Shown here in pieces: positions 51,737-64,000 of a stretch of 64,000 bases of DNA. The position numbers and the translations under genes were made by a program. Under the pieces are notes generated by a model. It was not told the origin of the DNA. It did no database searches and worked only from the letters and a program-made list of their open reading frames with translations. Position 1 is the first letter of the stretch; every line of letters starts with the position of its first letter. Source of the stretch: Eledone cirrhosa (Eukaryota); contig OZ024749.1 in assembly GCA_964016885.1 (NCBI GenBank), forward strand, positions 30,628,001 through 30,692,000. The letters are read 5' to 3'.

Positions 51737-51945
51737 AGCGTGTGTATGTGTGTGTATGTGAGAGAGAGGGAGTGGGGTGTGTATGTGTGTTTATGTGTGT
51801 GTATGTGAGAGAGAGGGAGTGTGCTGTGTATGTGTGTGTATGTGAGAGAGAGGGAGTGGCGTGTGTATGTGTTTATGTGTTTGTATGTGAGAGAGAGGGA
51901 GTGGAGTGTGTATGTGTTTATGTATGTGTCTGAGAGAGAGTGAGA
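51020..51945. repeat. Degenerate (GT)n/(GA)n composite minisatellite
   Basis: Recurrent GTGTATGTGTGTGTATGTGAGAGAGGGAGT-like units. Confidence 0.9.
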
Positions 51946-52253
51946 GAGAGAGGGAGAGAAAGTGAGAGAAAGAGGGAGTAGGAGAGCATGGGGCCGAGAA
52001 ATGGGCTGGATGAGAGGAGTAGTGAGAGGTGGAAGATTGAGGATAAGAGATGGAATGAATGAGAGAGAGATAGAGTGAGAGGCATATATGTAGATAGAGA
52101 TAGAGTAAGAGATAGATAGTTTGAGAGAGGAACAAAAAGAGAAAGAGTAAGCGAAAGAGAGAGAGAGAGAGAGAGGGCAAGAGAGACAGAGAAAGATATA
52201 TATATATAATAGTAAAAGGTATTACCCCGACGGCAGAGCTCAAGCCGTTTCGG

Positions 52254-52360
<107 letters not shown>

Positions 52361-53171
52361 TGAGGGTGGGGTGGGGGGTGTAAATTTCGACCGAGGGTAG
52401 ATCATGGTGTCGAAACGGTCGGAGCTCAGCCGTCAGGGCCCTGACTCTTTTCCTATTAACCATCCTACTACCCTAAATCTCGAGTAGTCTGGTGCGTTAT
52501 GGTCTTCCTGGTTCCTTACCACACATCCTTTATTATATATATATATATATATATATACAAAAAAACATGAGAAGAAAGAAGGATACTGCTTGGTTGCACA
52601 TGGGTTACATATGATAACATTAGTCCCTCGTCAGTGATTTGCCAACCCTCATTGATATTTCATCGCATTAAAAATCATATACCTCAGGTTGGTGCGAGCA
52701 ATAACTAAAAAAAGCTATTGGGACAAGTGAATCGCGTAAAGCGAGTGAGACAAGTAAACAACATAGAAGGATGAAAGCAACGCAAAGATGGGAATAAACA
52801 AGCAACATGGTTATCCGGTCAGCGTAAGCTGGGTGGATTTCATGAGCGATCAAGATACAGACCGTCCGACGTGAGTGAGATGTGAGCAAGAAGAGAACCC
52901 ACTACTAGCCAAACGGGAGGAAGTGAGAAGGGGAGAAACAGAGAGTGAGTGAGTGGAAGTGCGAGGAAGAGGTCAGTCGAGAGAAAGTGTAACTGATAGA
53001 TGGGGGGAAAGAAGGTGAGAGCAACAAAGAGAACGGGGAAGCAGTAAGAGAGAAACAGACAAACGCAGCCGAGGTAAATATATATAAAAAAACATGAGAA
53101 GAAAGAAGAATACTGCGTGGTTGCACATGGGTTACATATGATAAAATTAGTCCTTCGTCAATATATACATA

Positions 53172-53237
<66 letters not shown>

Positions 53238-53249
53238 TTATTATTATTA

Positions 53250-53440
53250 TTGATTGGCAGTATCGGTAGAGGGTCGGACGCCATGCTTTGACGCATAGAG
53301 TTAGGGTTCTTGCCATTCTGAGTTCAAATCCCGCAGAGGTTTACTTTGCCTTTCATCCTTACGGGTCGATAAAATAAAGTACCAGTAATGCACTGTAAAT
53401 TGCTGGCCTTGTGCCAAAAGTAGAAACAATTATTATTATT
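53250..53440 (+). mobile_element. tRNA-derived SINE
   Basis: Main-family core. Confidence 0.88.
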
Positions 53441-54115
53441 AGTAGTAGTAGTACAGCTTAATAATATATATATACATATATACATATAGTGCAAATTTAG
53501 ACGGGAACAAAACAGAGAGGCAGACAAATAAAGGTTTATTAGGTTCACACTCTTGAGAGTGTGGGGGGGGGGGGAACTCGTCATATATATATATATATGT
53601 GTGTGTATGTGTGTATGCGTGTGTCCAGATATATATATTTATATATGTACGTATGTATTAGGTATATATGGTCTTGAGTGTGTGGGTTGAAAATACAACG
53701 GCGCAAACAAGAAATAGACAAAAAAATGGTCAAAGAGAGCGGGTTAAAGGTTATATTACGATTTTTACATCCGGGGGATATAGCGGAAAGATGAAGCTTG
53801 TTAGGGGAAAGAAAGGAAGTTGAGGAGAAGAAAGGAGGAGTAGGACGAGGTTGTAAGGTTGTCATACGTCCGACATTGATATACATATATAGTTTTCACA
53901 TATTTAAATATACAACATATTTCTGTGATGTCTGCTGTCTGTTTTATTATAAATATGAATGCTTGCTGAGGTTACGATACTTGGCAGGAACAGACACGTA
54001 CATAAACACAAATATATATATATACATCTGTATACACATATATATATATATATGCTGTATATTACATATTCTATACAGGCGGTAATCACCACCATGTATG
54101 TATATATACATACAT

Positions 54116-54155
<40 letters not shown>

Positions 54156-54209
54156 CATATCATATCATTTCATATTTATACATGTACGTAGCTTTCTGTC
54201 TATATATAC

Positions 54210-54255
<46 letters not shown>

Positions 54256-54677
54256 GCATACACACATATATATATATATACACATGCACACGTGTGTATG
54301 TCTTCTTGAATATACCTGTGTATGTGTGTGTTTGAATCTATGAATTATAAAGGTCTAAATTTAATTGCTTTGATATGAAAGGCTGTCTTTTATGAAATGA
54401 CAGAAGTTAAATGTGAAGTTTATAGATGCCAAACAGAAATTGCAGTAGGTGTTCACAGTTTGTTTGTCGCTGTATAATTACATAGTTTCGGAAATCACCA
54501 GCGTTGTAGTGGGGATATGGGTCGATAGGAATTAATAGAGAACAAGGGAAACCAAGTGGAATGTCTGTATATATACCCTGACAAAATATAATGGCGAAAG
54601 TCCCAGAAAAATCATTACATTAAAATCTTTGACTTACTTTTCTCAAACATATATTAATACCTTTCTTTGGTCTAGGC

Positions 54678-55566
54678 CCGTGGATTGGCAGTATCGGTAG
54701 AGGGTCGGACGCCATGCTTTGCAGCATATAATTACGGCCCTTTATGATCTGAGTTCAAATCCCGCCCAGGTTAACTTTGCCTTTCATCCTTACGGGGTCG
54801 ATAAAATAAAGTACCAGTCACGCACTGGAGTCGATTTAATCGACTTTCCCCTCCCTCAAAATTGCTGGACTTGTGTCTATATAAGAAACCAATAACTTTC
54901 TTTGATCTTGCATTCAAGCTAATTTTTTATATCTATTTTTACTTAACATAGGTACAATGGTTTATATAATAATTATTTCTACGTTCGGCATAAGGCCACC
55001 AATTATCCCAGTGCATTACTGGTACTTTATTTTATCGACCCCATAAGGACGAAAGGCAAAGCTAACCTCAGCGGGTTTTGAACTCAGAACGTAGAGGGGC
55101 GTAACCTTATGCTGCAAAGCATTACGTCCGAACATCTACCGATACTGCCAATCCGCCGCCCTGGTTTATATAATAATTGTTTCTACTTTTGGCACAAGGC
55201 CAGCAATTTTCCTAGTGTATTACTGGTACTTTATTTTATCGACCCCGTAAGGATGAAAGGCAAAGTTGACCTTGGCGGGATTTGAACTCATAATGGAAGG
55301 GCCCGTAACTCTATGCGTCAAAGCATGGTGTCCGACCCTCTAGCGATACTGCCAACCCACCGCCCCTGGTTTATATAATTGTTTCTACTTTAGGCACAAG
55401 GCCACCAATTACCCAGTGCATTACTGGTACTTTATTTTATCGACCCCGTAAGGATGAAAGGCAAAGTCAACCTCGGCGGGATTTGAACTCAGATCGTAAA
55501 GGGACGTAACTATGCTGGAAAGCATGGCGTCCGACCCTCTACCGATACTGCCAGTCCACCGCCCTG
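54678..55566. mobile_element. SINE cluster: one plus-strand copy (54678-54893) and three tandem minus-strand copies (~54970-55160, 55175-55365, 55378-55566)
   Basis: Four main-family cores; the minus-strand copies are separated by TGGTTTATATAAT. Confidence 0.93.
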
Positions 55567-55604
55567 CCTCTGGTTTATATAATAATAGTTATATATGCGG
55601 GTTT

Positions 55605-55895
55605 TGGTCATGCGTCGGTTTGTGAGGACGAGTTATTTGATCGACGTAACAGCCCGCTCTGGAAATTGAAGTCCAAGTGACTGTGACTGAGCATTCCACA
55701 GGCACGAGGACTCTGAACGTAATTCTCCTGGGGATTCAGTGGGACACATTGTTTAATTGCAGGTTTGTCAGGTGAGTGAGTTGGAGCAACGTGAAAAGGA
55801 ATGTCTTGCTCTCGAAAAAAACTAAACAAAAGTACGACACTAGGAACTGTACTCATGAGGTTATTATCATAAATCCTACAGCTAACCACTAATCC
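55605..55895 (-). mobile_element. Older second SINE family; relative at ~59120-59345
   Basis: Minus strand: TAGTGGTTAG head and GAGCAAGACATT..TTTCACGTTGCTCC central motif. Confidence 0.55.
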
Positions 55896-57887
55896 CCACC
55901 CACCTCCCGTTTATTCCACGCGTTTTCTATTGCGGAAGAATAAAGTTAAAAGAGCCGTATCCTCCAAACAGAATCCATTAGTATTATTGTGAAGTTCTTC
56001 AAATATCAGTCAGAATTACTCGGAATATGTCCTCATTCTAGGCACTGATAACTTCCCATTGCTAATTTCTCAAAACTTTCACTACTAAAACTCTAATAAC
56101 AAAAAAAATGTAATTATTTTTTTTATATAATAAAGAGAAATTCCGTGAATTAATAGACTAGTAAAATAATTGTTAAACAATTTTAACGTTTTAGACGCTG
56201 GACCTCCATCGGAAATGAATAAAGAAGGGAAGAGTTAATGTTTGAAAGAAAGACCAACATATAATACAAACGAATGTAAATAAACAAAAAAGGGGTGGGG
56301 AGAAACCAGGAATATATGTAGTTGTTAATCAGACAGTGAACCTATATATGTTGCACTATATGTGTTGTACTCTCTGGAAGTGGGAGAAATTACAGTTAGA
56401 TTGCCCGGTAGTAGATTCGAAACGAGAACAAAACCACAGCTATTAAAAAAGTGTCTCAGGCTACTGATAATTTAGTCGATAAGACAGTGAAATGAAAAGA
56501 AGCTGTTCTTTCAACTGATAACTTTAATTAATTTTAAGTAATTAGGACATTGAGTTGTGTGTAGCTCAGGTCATTGCAGACGTCTCTCACACATTTTAAA
56601 ATACATTCTGTAGTCACTTATTGAATTAAATTAATTCCACACTATCACACTTTCTTACGATCAATATACAAGTTGGAATTAATAGTCTTTCATCGGAGAA
56701 AATTGTTTTTTATTGAAAAAATGTAAAGTGTTTGAAGTTCGTGTGTGTTCTTTGGATGTTTTAGACCATATCTCTCATCAGAAAGCGAAAAAGAGAGCGA
56801 GAGACTGAGAGACAGATGGGAGGATGAGAAAGGAAAAGGAGTGTATTTGTTGTAGATTTACACATTTCACACATAGATCCCAATGGTTATCATGTTGTGA
56901 CTCATATCTTCTTAATGGCCAGTCAAGAGAGACCATTTTAGTAAATTTGACTTAACCATTAGACTACCATGACCAAATTGCCAGACAATCAAATTCAAAG
57001 ACCTAATTCTAAAATATAATCATTTTGCAGCATTCTTGTTTCCACAGGTGTGAGCCTCGAGAAAATCACCTTACATTCATGACAAACCGTCTCTTAAGTC
57101 AAGATTATATATTTAATTGAAACAAACTACAGCTTTCCACAATTTATTTCCCTGTTTCTTTTACCACTAAGATATATTTAAAACGAACCCAACGAATATA
57201 CGACAAACAAGAAGAGTAATATCTTTGAAAATTCAAAGCAGTCAAGATCTGAAATAATAGATTATTGTTCAAAATGTAATGTCCTGTGCTTCAGATAGGT
57301 TGGTCGTTATAAATTTATAAATATTTTAAGGCTGGTACAATGGAATCCATTAGTAGACAAAATGCATCACAGACGGAGAATACAATGAGATTTGAAGCTG
57401 GAGGGAGAGACAGTTGAACTGAGAGCGGAAGATGGATCAATGAGAAGAGATCACGTGGGTGTGAGAGAGAAAGGAAAACAAACAATTAGGAAAGAAGTTG
57501 GAGCATGGGGGAGGCTATTTAGAATAACCGCGTGCTTTACCTATACATATACACACACATAGAGACACACAGACACACACAAATATACACACACACAGTC
57601 ATGCACGCATATATGAACACATACATCCAGAATCATCGAACAAACACATGCAGAGACATTCATACACAAGCATACACATGCCTACGGACATATAACATGG
57701 AAGGTCTCAACGACAAGTGTTTAATTTGGTTCAACACTACGAACTAGAGACTAAAGTAAATGTAAATGACTGAGTATTATACAGACAATTATATCATTCA
57801 TATAATTCTCAGGGAGATTCGACGACACACACTGGACCTTTGAAATATTGGTACATAGCATATTGTATTACAGTGGTTTCTTATATA

Positions 57888-57919
<32 letters not shown>

Positions 57920-57924
57920 TAGAT

Positions 57925-58230
57925 ATATTTCTTTATTAGCCACAGGGGCACAAAAGAAGGGGACAAATACAAAGGGGGAAGTTTACATACAATAAAAACG
58001 TGTAAAATGTTATCACAGATGGAATTTAAAAGTTAGTCGATTTTCCCCAATAGAGGGAGACAGTTTATATGGGTAACACAGACCCCCGAAAAAATGTGCA
58101 ACCCTCATCTCCAGGAGTACGAAGAGCTTGTACTCCTTTCCTCTCCTCCTCCTTTTCCTCAACCTACAGGCTGATATAGAGAGAAGGCCCATTCACTCGG
58201 GCCATTCTCGCCACTTTCACCCACCTTTCA
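57925..58230 (-). mobile_element. 3' fragment of an L1/Tx1-like LINE; short relative at ~22215-22262
   Basis: ORF end ERWVKVARMARVNGPSLYISL*; 3' UTR ending CTAATAAAGAAA at a microsatellite; clade assignment is inference. Confidence 0.55.
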
Positions 58231-58396
58231 GAGAGATAGATAGAGGGATAGATAGAGAGAGAGATAGATAGATAGATAGATAGATAGAGAGATAGAGAGA
58301 TAGATAGATAGAGAGATAGATAGATAGATAGATAATAAACGCATAAGATTCTTTTATATAGACTACAATTCTCTCTCTCTTTCTCTCTCTTTCTCA

Positions 58397-58529
<133 letters not shown>

Positions 58530-59063
58530 ATATACTTCCGTTTAAATAGAAATTTGATATACATTGTTTATCTGTTGAAAAGAAATAGAATATCTCAACA
58601 CACACAAACACGCACACACCATATACAACACATTTAATAACACCCTCAGACACAGACCACACACACACATATATATATGTATATATATATATATGGTTAT
58701 ATATATATATATATATGGTTATATATATACATACATATATATATATATGTATATATATGTATATGGTTTTCCTTTATTATCAATGTGTTTGTTTCACCTT
58801 GAGGGAAATATGTTGGTATATTTCAAATAGCAGGAAACTTACAAATTCAATTAAATACTCAAAACAATTTTCCATGAAATCACATAATCTTTTGTTGTTG
58901 TTGTTGTAGTCATGTATTTTGTTTTAACTTTTAGATTTTTAGATTCACTACAAAGTAGTGAGTGTATATATACTGCAATGATCATATTTCCCTACTTACT
59001 ATATATAGCAGTGACGAATCTAATGTAGAATTATTGATATGTTTAATATATAAAACAAAATAA

Positions 59064-59108
<45 letters not shown>

Positions 59109-59477
59109 CATATATCTATATAATCGATCGACTTTCGTCTAATCGGACCGAGGGAACAATGTTTCCGTTGCTCTTTCCAATTGATAACACTCTCTATCGG
59201 TCGCAAAATGCAGGTAGAAGGAGCAACTTGAAACAAAATGTCTTGTTCAAGGACATAACGCATCATTCAGTCCAGGAATCGAACTTACAACTTCACGATT
59301 GCGTTACGTTGCGAATCCAATTCTCTTACCATTATGCTATCCGCCTACACATATATATAATATACACACACACATACATACACACACACATACATACACA
59401 CACACACATGCACATACACACATATACACGCATGCACACACGCATAGACACACACATATACATAGGTATACATAATA

Positions 59478-59665
59478 TAATTGTTTCTACTTTTTGGCAC
59501 GAGGCCAGCAATTAACCAGTGCATTACTGGTACTTTATTTTATCGACCCCGTAGGGATGAAAGGCAAAGTTAACCTCGACGAGATTTGAACTCAGAATGG
59601 CAAGGGCCGTAACTATATGCGTGCGTCAAAGCATGGCATCCGACCCTCTACCGATACTGCCACCC
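59478..59665 (-). mobile_element. tRNA-derived SINE
   Basis: Main-family core. Confidence 0.88.
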
Positions 59666-59727
59666 AAATAGGACCCCTTCAGTTTTGCACATAGATATTT
59701 TATCTCCGAGTTACAAGGTTGGGCAAG

Positions 59728-59767
<40 letters not shown>

Positions 59768-59966
59768 TTATCCTGGGTTTATTACTAACCACAGTAAGTA
59801 AGGTACTCAATACAAAGCAGAGTATAAATATTTAATATAGAAATGGCTTCTACAGAAGTAGAACTGCTTCATTCGAGTGAAATCATCAGGAAGTCTGAAC
59901 AAACAGGGCTTCCTGATGATTTCTCCCGAATTAAACAGTTCTAGTCCTGTTGAAGCCATTTCTATA

Positions 59967-59970
<4 letters not shown>
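59768..59970. mobile_element. Head-to-head family D pseudo-LTRs with decayed hammerheads (plus copy 59907-59957)
   Basis: ggcttc-CTGATGA-tttctcccgaat-TAAA-cagttctagtcctg-TT-gaagcc. Confidence 0.75.
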
Positions 59971-60003
<33 letters not shown>

Positions 60004-60017
60004 CACAGACACACATA

Positions 60018-60060
<43 letters not shown>

Positions 60061-60196
60061 CAAACGGAGAATCAGTGGTGCTACGAATAAGATTTATTAG
60101 ACATATTACAATCGTTTCTCTGCCGACCAGCTCGAGGCACGATCGATGCAATGATCAAACCTGACTCTGAAATCGCAACTCTGCTTCGTAGAATCG

Positions 60197-60293
60197 AGAC
60201 ATATCTGAGGATCTTGCGATTTCAGAGTCAGTATTGATCATAACATCGCACGTGCCTCGAGCTGGTCGGCAGAGAAACGATTGTAATATGTCT
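60197..60293 (+). ncRNA. Type I hammerhead with long stem II (element 60061-60420, preceded by an inverted partial copy)
   Basis: agacatat-CTGAGGA-tcttgcgat...gtcggcaga-GAAA-cgattg-TA-atatgtct; 8-bp stem I. Confidence 0.8.
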
Positions 60294-60423
60294 AATAAAT
60301 CTTATTCGTAGCACCACCGATTCTCCGTTTCTTATGTGATATTATACTCCGCTCTGGAGGACCATCGAGTGCTGAAACGGCATACCGCTTACGGACGCTT
60401 TAAGCATCCCACACCAATTATAT

Positions 60424-60526
<103 letters not shown>

Positions 60527-60737
60527 TATTAGAAAGTGAAGTTTTTTACAAAATGAAAAATAATCGAAGTGTCCTACACGAGTGAAAGTATAAAGAAAAA
60601 AAGATGAAATCGAAAATGCGACTGGAGTCTTAATTTAAAAGAAAATATATATATTCATTTGGTTTCTTTACAGGTTTCGCAGTTCTTCTGCTTTTCAAAA
60701 GTTGAGTTGAGATGGAGGGTCTGTGGTTTTTCTCACA

Positions 60738-60780
<43 letters not shown>

Positions 60781-60789
60781 ATATATAGT

Positions 60790-61110
60790 AATAATTGTTT
60801 CTACGTTAGGCACAAGGCCAGCAATTACCCAGTGCATTACTGGTACTTTATTTTATCGACCCCGTACGGATGAAGGACAAAGTTAACCTTGGCGGGATTT
60901 GAACTCAGAATGGCACATATATAGTAATAATTGTTTCTTCTTTAGGCACAAGGCCAGCAATTACCCAGTGCATTACTGGTACTTTATTTTATCGACCCCG
61001 TAAGGATGAAAGGCAAAGTCAACCTCGGCGGGATTTGAACTCAGATCGTAAAGGGACGTAACTATGCTGGAAAGCATGGCGTCCGACCCTCTACTGATAC
61101 TGCCAATCTA
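60790..61110 (-). mobile_element. Two tandem SINEs (first one 5'-truncated)
   Basis: Main-family cores, each preceded by ATATATAGTAATAATTGTTTCT. Confidence 0.88.
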
Positions 61111-61611
61111 ATAATAATAAGTGTGAAGAAGTGTAAAATCCGAAGAGGGCTTATTTTAATAAATAAATAAATATATATATATATATAAAACATTTTATAT
61201 CTGTCACAAATCCTGTCACAAGTCCTGTAACGATTAGGGGATTCAGAATCAGAGAGTAAAGAACATTAAAAGATGTCGCCGCTCCAACAACTGTGATGCT
61301 CTACCGCCTGAGATAGATGTCTCAAAAAATAAACAGAAAATATATTCTATATATCCTGATCAATGAATGTGAATACCAGTAGTTAAACACTGTCAAATAT
61401 GTTGACTGCATTCATTTTCCTTTTCCCCTCTCCTTTCAAAATATCACAATTCAGCAAAAGAAATAAATGAGTCAGTGGATGATCGCGTGACATCTAATAC
61501 GCAAAGTGAGTTAAAGATTGTTCGAGTGTGTACACCCACACACACAAACAGACATGTATGTATATATATATATATATACACATATATATACATATATATA
61601 TACGTATATAA

Positions 61612-61645
<34 letters not shown>

Positions 61646-61665
61646 GTATATATATATATATATAC

Positions 61666-61705
<40 letters not shown>

Positions 61706-61726
61706 GTATATATATATATATATACG

Positions 61727-61824
<98 letters not shown>

Positions 61825-61865
61825 ACGCATGTAGACACGCACAAACATGTGTATATATATGTATA

Positions 61866-61904
<39 letters not shown>

Positions 61905-61956
61905 GTACGCGTCTTTACATGCGCACAGATGTATGTATGTATATATATATATATAC

Positions 61957-62002
<46 letters not shown>

Positions 62003-62621
62003 CCAGACGTCATTATTGACGGCTACTTGCATACATCTTAAATTAACTATGTTACATGTTTCTAGTAATTGACATATGTTAGATGAAACACATTTTAAAA
62101 TGTAGTTATATATATTATATATGGTACACAGACGAGTGTAAATATCTTAATATCTAATAGTTCTCATTTGTTATTCCCCTCAATTACGCAGGAAGGGGAA
62201 GTAGTGGCTCTGCCGAGAGTCTGACAAATATATAAATCACCGACGAAGATTCTATGCCACTGACAGGCCCCCTATATATATATAGCAAAGAAGGAGTGGT
62301 AAGAAATCGGGTACACCATAATGGACTAGAGTACTCGAAACTTAGGATAGTAGAGTGGATAATAGGAAAAGAGTCAGGACCCCGACGATTGAGTTCCGGC
62401 CGTCTCGACAGCTAGATCCGAACAGTTCTGATTTAGCCGGCGAAACGGCCAGAGCTCAGCCGTTGGGGTCCTGACTCTCCCCCTCTCTATCTCTCTCTCT
62501 CTCTATATATATATATATAGTAATAATAAATTTGAAGACTAAAATCCAAAGTGGGCTCGATAAGGATAAAATCAAATATATAAGAAGCGTAGAGCAAATA
62601 TTTATTAAAATAACAGATTAA

Positions 62622-62672
62622 AGTTTAAGCAAAGAATCGCTGCTTTCACCCTTAACGGGATCTTCTGAAACT
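62622..62672 (-). ncRNA. Family B hammerhead with CAGAAGA core
   Basis: Minus strand: agttt-CAGAAGA-tcccgttaagggt-GAAA-gcagcgattctttgc-TT-aaact. Confidence 0.7.
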
Positions 62673-62674
62673 AA

Positions 62675-62738
<64 letters not shown>

Positions 62739-62988
62739 TTAGATTGCAATATTGTATATATTTATCAGGAATTGTGAGCAGGAGATAGTATCAGCAACGG
62801 ATAAACCAATAACAGCAGAGCTTCTTTCATCGTCCGATTCCAGAATCGACTTCTTTCTTTTCCTTTGCTAAAACAATGGGAATAATTCGTGATATTAAAG
62901 GAGACCAATTAAATAGATGCAAGTTTTTGATATGTAAATGTATTGCTACTATTTTCACACGAGCATTACTGTAGGTTTTAATTAAGGA

Positions 62989-63027
<39 letters not shown>

Positions 63028-63064
63028 TATAAATATTAATAAAATAGATGTTCTTTTGATCAAT

Positions 63065-63122
63065 TACATTTTATTATTCATATTTCGGGTGTACAACAGT
63101 ACGTCCTCATCAGACTAAATAT
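63065..63122 (-). ncRNA. Hammerhead ribozyme candidate
   Basis: Minus strand: atatttagt-CTGATGA-ggacgtac-tgtt-gtacaccc-GAAA-tatgaa-TA-ataaaatgt. Confidence 0.6.
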
Positions 63123-63639
63123 AATGATACATGACATACCCTGAGATGTTAAATGGTTAAGATTTAATCAATGTAGTGATTAACCTGAGAGAAAATTTAA
63201 CATTTATACCCTAATAAAGAGAAAATGCGAAAACGTAATAAATTCAATAGAGAATGTGTGAGTAAGAAAAACGTTACTTAATGTACCAGTTATCGAAATT
63301 TTAATATGTATGATACTACAATTTATATAGGAAAGCATTTCATGAATTATAACAGTCAGTGAGAGCCACTGGAAAAGAGATGGAAAGATGAGGGGCGTAA
63401 TGTATGCAGAAGGAGATTGTTTACCCGAAAGTTAAACGGTTAAGTTTGAAAATATTTAATTTATGTTATCTTAGGGTGAAGAATCAAGATTTTTTTTTTT
63501 TTTAAATTGGTGGTTATTTATATATTAGTTTTGTAAATTTTATAAGTGTGTTAACATTTCTAAGCTTCTGAATTTTTTTTTTGACGATAACATTTAAAGG
63601 ATTTAGCTGGCCATCAGTAAGGAAAGTTTACACTGTTGT

Positions 63640-63738
63640 ATATTTTCCTAAATGTAATCTTTAATGAATAGGTAAATATTTTCCTAAATGTAATCTTTAA
63701 TGAATAGGTAAATATTTTCCTAAATGTAATCTTTAATG
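63640..63738. repeat. 36-bp tandem repeat, ~2.7 copies
   Basis: ATATTTTCCTAAATGTAATCTTTAATGAATAGGTAA. Confidence 0.9.
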
Positions 63739-64000
63739 TCAACGTAATAGGTATGTAAAGCTTTTGAAGTATTTATTGTTAGAAATATTTAAATAACGAT
63801 TATGCATATAAATATATATTTATTAATGAGCCAGTATATTTTAGGTAAATGATAACGAAAATAAAAATAAAATAATAGATTGAGGCATGTTAAAATTAAA
63901 TATATACCTATATATAACCGGGTGTAAATATATTAATTATTCTTAGCTCAAAGTAACAATAATCAAGAAATTTAGAAGTTAACTGAAAATTATGTATAGA

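Overview
Very AT-rich eukaryotic DNA saturated with (TA)n/(CA)n microsatellites. The repeat repertoire looks like an Octopus/cephalopod genome (inference). Most ORFs in the supplied track are microsatellite artefacts. Real content: (1) an apparently intact, young Penelope-like retroelement (PLE; 773-aa RT + GIY-YIG) between ~99%-identical pseudo-LTRs that each hold a hammerhead ribozyme (HHR); (2) fragments of other PLEs and about 25 HHR-like motifs from roughly ten families, nearly all inserted in (TA)n and often head-to-head, including a non-coding ~559-bp tandem retrozyme-like array and families with variant catalytic cores; (3) two Helitrons, one enclosing a 6.5-kb 58-bp satellite and one inserted inside a hammerhead; (4) many tRNA-derived SINEs; (5) a segmental duplication (~157-7395 vs ~24378-36590) carrying the last exon of a spliced, secreted single-vWC-domain peptide gene with a strong nonsynonymous excess, plus an unknown 324-aa ORF. 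All alignments and RNA folds were done by eye, and boundaries of degenerate repeats are approximate.
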